Shown here: positions 19,130 through 29,464 of the stretch, in pieces
Numbering within the stretch: the stretch's first letter is position 1
How the letters are laid out: the number at the start of each line of letters is the position of its first letter
Assembly: GCA_963746625.1 (NCBI GenBank)
Contig: CAVVBT010000005.1
Location: 97,384 to 161,383 of the forward strand
Source of the DNA: an uncultured Acidobacteriaceae bacterium
GTDB taxonomy: Bacteria; Acidobacteriota; Terriglobia; Terriglobales; Acidobacteriaceae
DNA length: 64,000 bases
Reading direction: 5' to 3'
Position numbers and translations under genes: made by a program
Notes under the pieces: model-generated
Databases searched by the model: none
What the model was told of the DNA's origin: nothing
Seen by the model: the letters and a program-made list of their open reading frames with translations, nothing else

Positions 19130-21640
19130 ATGCAGACATTGATGCAGGACTTGCGGTTTTGTCTTCGGCAGATTCGGCGGTCGCCGGGGTTTATGGTGAC
19201 GGCGGTGTTGACGCTGGCACTGGGTGTGGGGGCGAACACGGCGATTTTTTCGCTGCTGGATCAGGCGCTGCTGCGGTCGCTGCCTGTGCGGGATCCTGGG
19301 CAACTTGTCGTGTTAAGCGGGACTGGCAAGGCCTGGGAGGGACACTCGAGCGATAACGGCGCCGGCGAGGAGAGGTCGTTCTCGTATCCGATGTACCGGG
19401 ATCTGCGGGATAAGAGCACGGTGTTCGATGGGCTGCTTGGGACGTCGCCGGCGCAGGTGGGGATTGCGCGGAATGGCGTTTCGAATATGGCGAACGCGGA
19501 GATCGTTACGGGGAATTACTTCAGCGTGCTTGGCGTGGGGGCGGCGAAGGGACGGCTGCTGGCGCAGGCTGATGATACGGTGCCGGGCGGCAATCCCGTG
19601 GCGGTGGTGAGCTTCAATTACTGGAAGACCCATCTTGGCGCGGATGCGGGAGTGGTGGGGCAGACGATTGCGATCAATGGGCAGCCGTTTCAGATTGTGG
19701 GGGTGTCGGCGCCGGAGTTTCAGAGCGCGGTGTGGGGACAGGTTCCGGATGTGTTTGTGCCGATGTCGATGCTGGAGGTGGTGCGGCCCGGCAAGGGTGT
19801 GCGTCTGCAGAACCACAAAGACCGGTGGATGAATATTGTTGGGCGGTTGAAGCCGGGTGAGACGCGGGAACAGGCGCAGGTGGCGCTGGCTCCGCTGTGG
19901 CATGCGCTGCGGGCGGATGAGTTGAAGGCGCTGGGGACGCGATCGAAGCGGTTTGTGGATGAGTTTCTGACGCGGAGTGAGTTGCAGGTGCTGCCGGGGT
20001 CGAAGGGGCTTTCGTATAACCGGGGGAATCTGGAGAAGCCGCTGTATGCAGTGATGGGGATGGCGTTCCTGGTGCTGCTGATTGCCGCGGTGAATGTGGC
20101 GAGTCTGCTGCTGGTGCGGTCGGCGGCGCGGGTGCGGGAGTTTTCGCTGCGGTATGCGCTGGGAGCGAGCGGGCGGCGGGTGGTGCAGCAGCTTCTGCTG
20201 GAAGGACTGCTGATTGGGATTGCGGGTGGCGCGGCGGGGCTGGCGATTGCTCCGGTGTGCATGCGAGTGCTGGTGCACAGGATGGATTCGGATGGATCTT
20301 CGGCGTTTCTAACTACTCTTGATGCGCGGCTGCTGGCGTTCAACTTTGCTGTGGCTCTGGTGGTGAGCGTGGTGTTCAGCATGGTGCCGGCGATTCAGTT
20401 GCTGAAGCCGGATATTGTGAACTCGTTGAAGGAACAGACGTCGACGGCGACGGGCGGGGCGTTGAGTTTTCGGCGGGTTGTGGTTTCGCTGCAGGTGGGG
20501 TTGAGCGTGTTGCTGCTGGCCGGGGCGGGGCTGTTTGTGCGGACGATGGAGAATCTTCGGCGTGTGGATACGGGGTTCAATACTTCGTACCTGGTGACGT
20601 TTCATATTGATCCGCAGCTCTCGGGATATGCGGCGGAGAAGATTCCGGCGCTGCAGCAGCAGGTGCTCGAGACGATGGCTACGCTGCCGGGCGTGCAGGC
20701 TGTGGGGGCTACGGACGATCCGGAGCTGGCGGATAACGACAGTGGCATGAACGTGACTGTCGAAGGGTATACGGCTCCGGCGGATGAGGACTTCGATGTG
20801 GAAGCTCCTTCGGTAAACGCTGGTTATTTTCATGCGATGCAGGTGCCGTTGGTGGCGGGGCGTGCGTTCAGCGAGGATGATGACCTGACGCATCCGCCGG
20901 TTGTGGTGGTGAACGAGACTTTTGTGAAGCACTACTTCGCGAGTCCGGCGGCGGCGGTTGGACGGAGGGTGGCGCGGGGCGCTGGGAATAATCTGGAGTA
21001 CATGACGATTGTCGGGGTTGCGCGGGATACGAAGCATATGGATCTGCGCCAGCCTGCGCGGCCGACACTTTATGCTCCGTTGCGGCAGCAGAAGAGCGTG
21101 GACCAGATGTATGTGTATGTGCGGACGGCGACGCCTCCGGAGCAGACGTTTGCGACGATCCGGCAGACGATGCGGCAGATCGATCCGGGAGTCGCGGTGG
21201 ATGCGCTGCGGACGATGCAGGAGCAGATTGAGACGACGCTGACGAACGAGCGGATGATTGAGTTGCTGGCGGTGTCGTTTGGGGTGCTGGCTACGCTGCT
21301 GGCGGGCGTGGGGCTTTATGGGGTGCTGGCTTACTCGACGGCGCAGCGGACGCGGGAGATTGGGATTCGGATGGCGCTTGGGTCTTCGCGGATGAATATC
21401 TCGCGGCTGGTGGTGATGGATGTGCTGCGATTGGCAGGGATTGGCGTGGCAGTGGCGATTCCCTGCTCGGTGCTTTTGGCGAGGTTGTTGAAGAGCCAGT
21501 TGTTTGGGGTGTCGTCGGCTGATCCGATTACGCTTGGGGCGGTGGTGGTGTTGATCGCGGTTGTTGCGTTGGCGGCGGCGGTGGTGCCGGCGCGGCGGGC
21601 TTCAACGGTGGATCCGACCACGGCTCTGCGGACGGAATGA
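19130..21640 (+). CDS. ADOP-type duplicated ABC permease (MacB-like/FtsX domains)
   Basis: QDLRFCLRQIRRSPGF, LALGVGANTAIFS, two FtsX halves, RTREIGIRMALG, VDPTTALRTE. Confidence 0.93.
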   Translation: MQTLMQDLRFCLRQIRRSPGFMVTAVLTLALGVGANTAIFSLLDQALLRSLPVRDPGQLVVLSGTGKAWEGHSSDNGAGEERSFSYPMYRDLRDKSTVFDGLLGTSPAQVGIARNGVSNMANAEIVTGNYFSVLGVGAAKGRLLAQADDTVPGGNPVAVVSFNYWKTHLGADAGVVGQTIAINGQPFQIVGVSAPEFQSAVWGQVPDVFVPMSMLEVVRPGKGVRLQNHKDRWMNIVGRLKPGETREQAQVALAPLWHALRADELKALGTRSKRFVDEFLTRSELQVLPGSKGLSYNRGNLEKPLYAVMGMAFLVLLIAAVNVASLLLVRSAARVREFSLRYALGASGRRVVQQLLLEGLLIGIAGGAAGLAIAPVCMRVLVHRMDSDGSSAFLTTLDARLLAFNFAVALVVSVVFSMVPAIQLLKPDIVNSLKEQTSTATGGALSFRRVVVSLQVGLSVLLLAGAGLFVRTMENLRRVDTGFNTSYLVTFHIDPQLSGYAAEKIPALQQQVLETMATLPGVQAVGATDDPELADNDSGMNVTVEGYTAPADEDFDVEAPSVNAGYFHAMQVPLVAGRAFSEDDDLTHPPVVVVNETFVKHYFASPAAAVGRRVARGAGNNLEYMTIVGVARDTKHMDLRQPARPTLYAPLRQQKSVDQMYVYVRTATPPEQTFATIRQTMRQIDPGVAVDALRTMQEQIETTLTNERMIELLAVSFGVLATLLAGVGLYGVLAYSTAQRTREIGIRMALGSSRMNISRLVVMDVLRLAGIGVAVAIPCSVLLARLLKSQLFGVSSADPITLGAVVVLIAVVALAAAVVPARRASTVDPTTALRTE

Positions 21641-21653
21641 GTTGTTTCAATGG

Positions 21654-21692
21654 GAAGGGCGACCGTTAGTCTCCAGGTCGCCTTCTTTTTTT
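21654..21692 (+). terminator. Rho-independent terminator
   Basis: gaagggcgacc...ggtcgccttc followed by a T run right after the permease stop. Confidence 0.75.
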
Positions 21693-21833
21693 GGATTGAA
21701 TTGCGCGGGAGCTTTCTCCTGTTCGCATCTCTAACGAAGAGGCGCTGTTAAAACTGGAGGGCCCTTGGCAACAGGCCTTCCAGACTTATGCGGTCGTTTC
21801 CGGATCCGGACGCACTGCTGTGTTCTGATTGCT

Positions 21834-22311
21834 CTAGATGTGGCAGCTGACCATGCCTCGTTTTTCGAGGTAGCGCTGGTGGTATTCCTCTGCCTTCCAG
21901 AAAGTGGCGGCGGGGAGCGACCTGGGTTGCGATGGGTTTTCGGTAAGAGCCGGAGGCGTTGAGTTCGGCGATCTTGGCTCGGGCCTGGGCGAACTGCTCG
22001 TTGGTATTGGTGAAGATGACGCTGCGATACTGGGTGCCCCAATCCGGACCCTGTCGGTTGAGCTGGGTGGGATCGTGGAGGGTGAAGAAGGCGTCCAGGA
22101 GGGTCTCGTAGGAGAGACGGGATGGATCGAAGGTAACTTCGACGACCTCCGCATGGCCGGTGCGGTCGGTACAGACTTCCTTATAGGTTGGGTGTTCGAG
22201 GTCGCCGCCTTCGTATCCTACGGCTGTATCGAGAACACCTGAGATTTCTGCGAATCGGGCTTCTACACCCCAAAAACAACCTGCACCAAATACTGCTTTT
22301 TCAATTGCCAC
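21834..22311 (-). CDS. msrA: Peptide-methionine (S)-S-oxide reductase, +1 frameshift near 21915
   Basis: GAGCFWG, GHAEVV, QGPDWGTQYRS; second frame gives FWKAEEYHQRYLEK. Confidence 0.92.
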
Positions 22312-22477
22312 TCTGTTGCTCCTTCTCTGCTACCTATTGGATGCTCCAAGGCTGTGAATGTCGTCAGCCCGAGGTTAATTGCGGGAGTATTTTGGGCGCG
22401 CGGAAGCAGATGTGTCAATGGGCTTCACCAAACTTTTGTGGGAGAGTAATTCGGTTGCAACACCCTGACGAAAATAT

Positions 22478-22531
22478 TGAAAAAAAGGCGCTTGGAGAAC
22501 CGAAACCGCAAGGTAATGCGGTTCGGTCGCC
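22478..22531 (-). terminator. Rho-independent terminator of rluB
   Basis: - strand: gaccgaaccgca-ttacct-tgcggtttcggtt...cgcc followed by T7. Confidence 0.7.
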
Positions 22532-23475
22532 TAGCTGGATCTGCGGGTATGGCTTGACTTGGCGGGGAAGGTGCGGCGTGCGCCTGTGGATTTTTTCTTG
22601 GCGGGAGATTTGAGCTGGGCGAACTCGGGGGTCTTCTTTTTGGGGACGACTTTCTGGCCTTTGGCGGCGCGGTTCAGGGCCATGACTTCGCCTGGGGTTA
22701 GCTCGCGGAACTCGCCCGGTGGGACGTCGAGGCGGAGGGCTCCGTAGCCGATGCGGCGGATCTTTTCGACGTGGTGGCCGATCTCTTCAAACATTTTGCG
22801 GATCTGGCGATTGCGGCCTTCGGTGAGGGTGAGCTCGAACCAGGGATTGTCGCCGCCGCGAACGGGCTCGACCTTGGCGGGCGAGGTGATGACGCGGTCG
22901 CGACGACCGCTGCGGACCTCGTCGAGGCGGCCACGGTCGATCATGATTCCCTTTCGGATTTGCTCCAGGCCGGAGGCAGTGGGGACGCCGCTGACTTTTA
23001 CGAGATAGGTCTTTTCGACGCCGGCTGCGGCTTTGGAGAGCGCGTTGGCGAGGTTGCCGTCGTTGGTCATGAGGAGCAGGCCCTCGCTGAGGTAGTCGAG
23101 GCGGCCTACGGGGTAGAGGCGGACCTGGTCGCCGTGGGGGCCTTGCTTGGGCCTCATAAGCTGCATGACGGTGGGGCGCTTTTCGGGGTCTTCGAGGGTG
23201 GTGACGTAGCCGCGGGGCTTGTTGAGCATGTAGTAGCGCTGCTGCTCGGGGCCCTTGAGGAGCTTGCCGTCTACGCGGATGTGGTCGCGGGTGGCGTCGT
23301 GGCGGGTGCCGAGGGTGTTGACGACCTGCCCGTTAACCTGAACGCGGCCAGCGAGGATGATCTCTTCGGCTTTGCGGCGGCTGGCGATGCCAGCCTGAGC
23401 GAGAATTTTTTGGAGGCGGTCGCCTGTGGGTTCTGCCAGTGGCGCTGATTTCAGGGTGGCGGGAGACTTCGTCAT
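22531..23475 (-). CDS. rluB: rRNA pseudouridine synthase with S4 domain (RluB-like)
   Basis: RLQKILAQAGIASRRKAEE, YPVGRLD, EGRNRQIRKMFE; downstream of scpB. Confidence 0.85.
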   Translation of the reverse strand: MTKSPATLKSAPLAEPTGDRLQKILAQAGIASRRKAEEIILAGRVQVNGQVVNTLGTRHDATRDHIRVDGKLLKGPEQQRYYMLNKPRGYVTTLEDPEKRPTVMQLMRPKQGPHGDQVRLYPVGRLDYLSEGLLLMTNDGNLANALSKAAAGVEKTYLVKVSGVPTASGLEQIRKGIMIDRGRLDEVRSGRRDRVITSPAKVEPVRGGDNPWFELTLTEGRNRQIRKMFEEIGHHVEKIRRIGYGALRLDVPPGEFRELTPGEVMALNRAAKGQKVVPKKKTPEFAQLKSPAKKKSTGARRTFPAKSSHTRRSS

Positions 23476-23586
23476 TGTGTTCCTGGCTTTCTGACTGCGG
23501 AGGTGCTCGTCGCGGTCCGGTGGTGCTGTTCTATTATCGCCTGTTTTGTAGCGGGGTGCCCGTTGTGAGGCCCTCCAGAAGGCGGG

Positions 23587-24174
23587 TCACTCCGTGCTGT
23601 AGAGGCGGAGGATGAAAGCGATTTGATAGAGCAGAGAGATGGCGAGGAGTATGAACTGGATGCGGCGGTTGCGGGCGAACATCCCAATGAAGCAGATGAT
23701 CAGGTATGCCGCGATGCGGATGGGATATTCGACTCCGAAGGAGTGGAGGTAGGCGGAGCCTTTTAGGGTGGTGTCGATGATGTCGGCGACGAAAGTAGCG
23801 GCTAGAAGGCCGAAGAACCATTTGCGGCGAGAGAGGAAGTAGTCCTCGTAGCCGGAGTAGTCGAGGAGGTCGGAGGGAAAGAGAAGGGTGCAGAGCGAGT
23901 AGAAGAGTATTGCGTAGAGGGTAACGAAAAAGTAGATGGGGAAGGTCCATTGCGGGACGAGGGAGAGGCGGAACTCCCACCACCAGAAATGGATGACTGC
24001 AAGGAGAAGAGAGGCTGCCCAGCCGAGATGGAGGAGGGAGACCTTGGCGCGGCGGGGGTGCTGAACGAAGCGGGCGAATCCGTTGAGGAGGGTGGTAATG
24101 CAGAGGCCGACGATGATGGAGACGACGACCCGGATGTGAGGGAGGAGGTCGGGGCTCGACTGCGGCGGTGCCAT
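23587..24174 (-). CDS. Hypothetical membrane protein
   Basis: About 6 hydrophobic helices; FWWWEF motif; lagging-strand codon usage. Confidence 0.75.
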   Translation of the reverse strand: MAPPQSSPDLLPHIRVVVSIIVGLCITTLLNGFARFVQHPRRAKVSLLHLGWAASLLLAVIHFWWWEFRLSLVPQWTFPIYFFVTLYAILFYSLCTLLFPSDLLDYSGYEDYFLSRRKWFFGLLAATFVADIIDTTLKGSAYLHSFGVEYPIRIAAYLIICFIGMFARNRRIQFILLAISLLYQIAFILRLYSTE

Positions 24175-24297
24175 GGCGAGGGTTTTACCTCATCGGATGG
24201 GCGAGTGTGATGCGGAAGAACAGCAACAGCGTATCAGCGGGTCTGGCCTCTCGTGCCTTCCGAGCTTGATTTCCCGAGCGATGCGGATTGCGGTTGG

Positions 24298-24480
24298 TTA
24301 GAGCTTGTTGGTGTCGATCGAGGGCGGAATCTGCATGCCAGGCGGTACGGGGAAGGGAGGAGCGTCGGGTGGGCCTTCGGCGTCGCCCTCGGGTGTGGCT
24401 ACGGTGTCGGGCTCGTTGTCTTCGGGAGTGTCGGGTGAGTCGCGCGGGTCGGGTTTTGGATCGAGGTTGGAAGTGGCCAT
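24298..24480 (-). CDS. Small acidic Pro/Asp-rich protein coupled to scpB
   Basis: TAATG stop/start overlap with scpB; 60 aa. Confidence 0.5.
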   Translation of the reverse strand: MATSNLDPKPDPRDSPDTPEDNEPDTVATPEGDAEGPPDAPPFPVPPGMQIPPSIDTNKL

Positions 24481-25628
24481 TAGCCCTCCTCGGAGTCTCT
24501 GCGTTGGTCGTCCTGGATCTCGGCATCGAGCGCGGGTGAATCGGCGTCGCCGTCAGAGTCCACCTGGTCGGTGTCGTAGTTGGGTGGGAGGGCGGAGAGG
24601 CGGCCGTCGACGATGACTTCGTCGGCCACGGTTTCGGCGATGTCGCTGCTGTCGCCGTCCGCCTGGGGTTCGAATTGGTCCTTTTCGCGTTGGAGTTCGT
24701 CTGGGCTTTCGGGGGCGTGGTGCGGCATGGGAATCTCCTCCTGCTCGGCCAGCTCGCCGGCCATCTTCTCAAACTCTTCGATGCTGGGAAGCTCGTTGAT
24801 GTCTTTGAGGCCGAAGCGGAGGAGGAAGTCCTTGGTGGTTTTGTAGAGGATGGGGCGGCCGATGACCTGCTTGCGGCCGGCGGTGGTGATGAGCTTGCGC
24901 GACATGAGGCTGCCGAGGACGCCGCCGGAGTCGACGCCGCGGATTTCGGTGATCTCGGGGGCGGTGACCGGCTGTTTGTAGGCGACGACGGCGAGGGTTT
25001 CGAGAGCCTGAAGGGAGAGCTTCAGCGGCGGCTTGAGCGATTTGACGAAGCCGCGGACGGCGTCGTGGTACTCGGGCTTGGTGGCGAAGCGGTAGCCGCC
25101 GGCGACCTCACGGATCTCGAGGCCGCGGTCGGAGGAGGCATAGTCGGCGATGAGCTGGTCGAGGATGGTGCGGAAGTAATCGCGGAGGCGGCGCTCTTTT
25201 TCGCGAGTCTCGCGGGCCAGACGCTTTTCGTCTTTGTCTTCGGATGGGGAAGCGGGGGCTTCGCTTCCCTGCCCGGTTGGGGTCGCCTCAAGGGCGGGTT
25301 CGGCGACTGGCCCGAGTTCACCGGTTTCGAGTTCTCCGGAGGTCATGGCGGCGGTAGCAGCGGCAACAGCGAGGCGTTCGGCACGAAAATGGGCTCCCTC
25401 TTCGACGGCCACTTCGTGGAGATGGCGACGGAGAGCTTCGGCGTGTTCGGCTTCGGATTCGGAATTGTCAGATGACGATTCGCTCTCGAGGGAGAGGGCT
25501 TGCTGGGCGGAGTCGAGGTGGTCGAGCTCGGCCTGCGCTTCGTGGCCGAGGAGGCCGGCGAGTTGAACCAGGGTTACGGGTTCTTCGGATGCGTAGATGA
25601 CTGCTTCGATCTTTGCTTTAAGGCTCAT
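24480..25628 (-). CDS. scpB: SMC-Scp complex subunit ScpB
   Basis: IEAVIYASEEP, REVAGGYRFATK, LETLAVVAYKQPVT.PEI.EIRGV, GRPILY.TT..FL..FGL. Confidence 0.93.
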   Translation of the reverse strand: MSLKAKIEAVIYASEEPVTLVQLAGLLGHEAQAELDHLDSAQQALSLESESSSDNSESEAEHAEALRRHLHEVAVEEGAHFRAERLAVAAATAAMTSGELETGELGPVAEPALEATPTGQGSEAPASPSEDKDEKRLARETREKERRLRDYFRTILDQLIADYASSDRGLEIREVAGGYRFATKPEYHDAVRGFVKSLKPPLKLSLQALETLAVVAYKQPVTAPEITEIRGVDSGGVLGSLMSRKLITTAGRKQVIGRPILYKTTKDFLLRFGLKDINELPSIEEFEKMAGELAEQEEIPMPHHAPESPDELQREKDQFEPQADGDSSDIAETVADEVIVDGRLSALPPNYDTDQVDSDGDADSPALDAEIQDDQRRDSEEG

Positions 25629-25696
25629 GGTCTCGTTGGTGTACTTCTAAGCATACCAATGCTGGGTATGATTGCTGGGACGGCAGAGGAGAGTTA

Positions 25697-26849
25697 ATGA
25701 GGTTGACGCGAAGAGGTTGGATGAAGCAAGTGGCCGGTGTTACTGCGTTTGCTGGAGTGCCGGGATGGTTGCGTGGCGAGGGTTTCTCTGAAGCAGCTGT
25801 GGATAACGCGGATGTTACTGGAGCGGGATCATTGAAAGCTCATGCTGCGGCTCGCGGACTGTTGACCGGATGTGCGGTGAATGCGGGATTGTTTCGCGAT
25901 GATGAGAGTTTTCGCAAGCTGCTGGCGGAGCAGTACAGCATCGTGGTGCCGGAGAATTGTTTGAAGTGGAATATCCTGCGGCCTACTGCGGATACTTACA
26001 ATTTTACCGATGCGGACAGCCTGGTGGCATTTGCCGGGGCACATGGGATGAAGGTTCGAGGGCATAATTTTGTGTGGCATGAGGCGTTGCCAGGATGGTT
26101 TGCCAGTACGGTGAACAAAGGCAATGCGGAGAAGTTTCTGGTGGATCATATTCGCACGGTGGGCGGGCGGTACAAGGGGAAGATGCACTCGTGGGATGTG
26201 GTGAATGAGGCGATCTGGATTCAGGACGGGCGGCCGGATGGTTTGCGGAGCTCGTCACCGTGGTTCGAGATGCTGGGTCCGGGATATATAGATCTTGCGT
26301 TTCGCACGGCGCGCGAGGTGGACCCATCGGCCCTGCTGACCTACAACGACTACGACATCGAGTACGACAACGAACAGCAGGGGAAGAAGCGCGCTGCGAC
26401 GCTTGCCTTGTTGCGGCGGATGAAGGCGAAGAAGGTTCCGCTGGATGCGTTGGGGATTCAGTCGCACATTCATGCAGCCGCCAAGGACGGATTCAGCAAT
26501 GGCGTTCGCGAGTTGAGAGAGGGAGCGAAGGCGCTGGGGCTGCAGGTTTTTGTGACTGAACTGGATGTGAAGGACGATGGCGTTGCTGCGGACGATGTGG
26601 CGGCACGGGACAAGATTGTTGCCGAGGTGTATCGGCAGCTATCTGGATGCCGTGCTTGAGGGGCCTGAGGTGAAGGCGGTGCTGACGTGGGGAGCGACCG
26701 ACGGGAACACTTGGTTGAACCACGGGACGAAGTTTCGCAAGGAACATCCGGACAGGCTGCAGAGGCCACTGCCGTTCGACGCGGACTATAAACCGACGGC
26801 AGCGTTCTTTGCTATACGCGAGAGCTTCGATAAGGCGAAGAAGCGGTAG
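25697..26849 (+). CDS. GH10 endo-1,4-beta-xylanase with Tat signal, +1 frameshift near 26635
   Basis: TRRGW Tat motif, PENCLKW, RGHNFVWH, WDVVNEA, YNDY, GIQSH, TELDV; second frame TWGATD...RPLPFD. Confidence 0.9.
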
Positions 26850-26917
26850 AACCGAATTTGCCGCAAAGAGAAGAGCCGCCTGAAACGGCGGCTCTGGTTT
26901 GAAAGGAAATTCGGAGG

Positions 26918-28521
26918 CTACTTCGTGAAGTTGTTGAAGAGCCAGTAGAGTGAGCCGGAGAGCAGCGCAGCAGCGGGGAGCGTGAAGATCCAGGCGGCAG
27001 CGATACTGCGAAGGGTAGACATCTGCAGGCCACTCTTGTTCGCCATCATTGTGCCAGCGACGCCTGAAGAGAGGACGTGCGTGGTACTAACAGGAAGACC
27101 GAGGTGGTCGGCACCCCAGATGGTGAACATGGCGACGAGTTCGGCGGAGGCACCCTGTGCGTAGGTCAGGTGAGTTTTGCCGATCTTTTCGCCGACGGTG
27201 ACGACGATGCGCTTCCATCCAACCATAGTGCCGAGACCAAGGGCCAGAGCGACCGCTACCTTAACCCAGGTGGGGATGAAGCGGGTGGACTTGTCGAGGA
27301 AGCCTTTGTAGTTGGCGAGGATCTTCTTGTCGGCATCGCTCATCTTTGGACCATTCTTGCCGAGGAGGCGCATGGTCTCACTGGCCAGGTACATCTGATT
27401 GCGAACGTTGGCCTGCATTGCGGGGGGGACGTTGCCGAGCGAACCGTAGGAGACTGCCTCGTTGCGGATGTCGATGACCTGCTGCTGGAGGGCGAGCATG
27501 AGGTTAGGCGAGTATTTTTTGGTGCTGACGAAGTTCTGGAGCTCAGCATCGGCGTCCTGCAGGATGGTGCCGGGCTCGACGTAATTATTGAGGACACCAG
27601 CCACCTGTGTGGAGACGGCGGCGAAGGTCTGGACCTCATGAGTGCCTACTGCGTGGTTGAGCGCGTAGGCCGTCGGGACGGTGCCGACGAGGATGAGCAT
27701 AATGAGGCCCATGCCTTTCTGTCCGTCGTTGGAGCCGTGAGCGAAGCTGACGCCGCCGCAGGTGAGGATGAGGAGAGCACGGATATAGAACGGCGGTGGC
27801 GCTGTGCCTTTGGGCGCTTCGTAGAGGCGCGGGTCGCGGGCGACCAGCTTGAAGAGGAAGAAGACCAGAGCGGCGAGAACGAATCCAATAAGCGGGGAAA
27901 ACAGCAGGGCTTTGAAGACTTTCGTAACTTGCTCCCAGTCGACGCCGGCAGTGCCGTTGTTGCCCATCATCAGCTGGTTGGCGATACCTACGCCGATGAT
28001 GGAGCCGATCATGGTGTGGGAACTTGATGCAGGTAGACCCTTCCACCAGGTCGCGAGGTTCCAAAGGATGGCGGCGGTCAGCAACGCGAAGACCATGGAG
28101 AAGCCAGAGCCTTTGCTGACCTTGAGGATGAGTTCCACTGGCAGCAGCGTGATGATCGAGAAGGCAACCGCGCCTGAGCTTGTGAGCACGCCGATGAAGT
28201 TCATGACGCCGGAGTAGACCACGGCGACGTGCGGCTCGAGCGAGTGGGTGTAGATGCAGGTCGCAACGGCATTGGCGGTGTCGTGGAAGCCATTGACGAA
28301 CTCGAAGCCAAGCGCGATGAAGAGGGCCAGGCCGAGCAGGATGAAGGGGAAGACGGAGGCTGAGTGGACGATAGAGAGATCGTTGCCGAGCTTGATTCCG
28401 ATATAGATCAGGCCGGCGACCAACATGACGCCGAAGATGATGCCGCCGATCTTGCCCGGGCCGACTTCTTAAGCTTTTCATCCAGAAGCGAGCCAGAGGG
28501 TGTGACGACAGGAGTAGCCAT
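26918..28521 (-). CDS. Inorganic phosphate transporter (PiT family), frameshift near 28462
   Basis: FEFVNGFHDTANA, PASSSHTMIG, FAHGSNDGQK, PVSTTH; N-terminus MATPVV in another frame. Confidence 0.9.
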
Positions 28522-28589
28522 TGTTCATGTGCCTTCGAGAATGAGGATGATTGCGTGGGTTCACGATAGGCGCGGAATGCGAACGGAAG

Positions 28590-28607
28590 GTTACAGGACT
28601 GTGAAAG
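28590..28607 (-). promoter_or_regulatory. Candidate Pho box
   Basis: - strand CTTTCAC-agtc-CTGTAAC: two half-sites 11 bp apart, about 70 nt upstream of the PiT gene. Confidence 0.45.
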
Positions 28608-28796
28608 CTGTTCGCTTTTGAAGAAGACGGGGTTTGCGTGGCACGCGAGAGGAGAGACGGCCGCAGTTCTGGGACCCAGGCAATACACCCGCCGAAAGCT
28701 CTGGTGACATGCACTTACGCTCTGAAGCCTACAACTATCGTTCGTTTTCGTGCGACGGGCGGAAACCTATAATTGGGACTTTTGAGGGCCGTTTAA

Positions 28797-29444
28797 ATGA
28801 AACATTCCTCCCTATGGCTTAGCGGCGTTGTTGTGGCCGTCGTGATCCTGCTCTCCTCGTCCCGGCCGGCACTTGCCACTACCTATGAGATCTTTGATCT
28901 TGGCGGAGCCAACGGCACGAGTCTGTATGGGATTGATTCGACTGGCGCAGTCGTTCTTTATAACGGCAGGTGTGGATTCAGCTCCGTTTCGTGCTTTGAG
29001 ACGTATGTCGACGGCTCAGGTGTCAGCGGATCGAAGACTGCTCCGGGGTTGACCTGGGACGATGGGTCTCCGTGCGGGAGCGCCCTTACCGGGTTTATTA
29101 CATCGGCCACTGCGTGCAACGGGGGATTGAAGGCCTTTGGCAGTCCATATGATGACAACGATCTTCTGGCTGGACTGTATGTTGACTCGGCTTCAGGGCT
29201 TGATTATCTCCACGGAGGTTCGGTCGACACGATCCTGATGAACTCCGCCGGTGATATTGCCTGGGTGGACGGGCTCAACGAACAGATATTTGAAGCAGTC
29301 GTCGTCGCCGATACTTCCACAGAGCCGTTGTTATTTCAGAGTAAGTCTGTGGACTCACAGACTCCCGAACCGGGCAGCCTATTGCTGGTTGGGACGGGGT
29401 TGCTGTGGGCTACAGCAGCCATCAGGCGAAAAGCTAATCGGTAA
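28797..29444 (+). CDS. PEP-CTERM sorting domain protein
   Basis: Signal peptide; C-terminal TPEPGSLLLVGTGLL-TM-RRK. Confidence 0.9.
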   Translation: MKHSSLWLSGVVVAVVILLSSSRPALATTYEIFDLGGANGTSLYGIDSTGAVVLYNGRCGFSSVSCFETYVDGSGVSGSKTAPGLTWDDGSPCGSALTGFITSATACNGGLKAFGSPYDDNDLLAGLYVDSASGLDYLHGGSVDTILMNSAGDIAWVDGLNEQIFEAVVVADTSTEPLLFQSKSVDSQTPEPGSLLLVGTGLLWATAAIRRKANR

Positions 29445-29464
29445 CTGACAACTCCAGCGGGCAA

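Noticed and set aside
28636-28655. Sigma-54 promoter (TGGCAC) for the PEP-CTERM gene
   Set aside because: No TTGC at the -12 position
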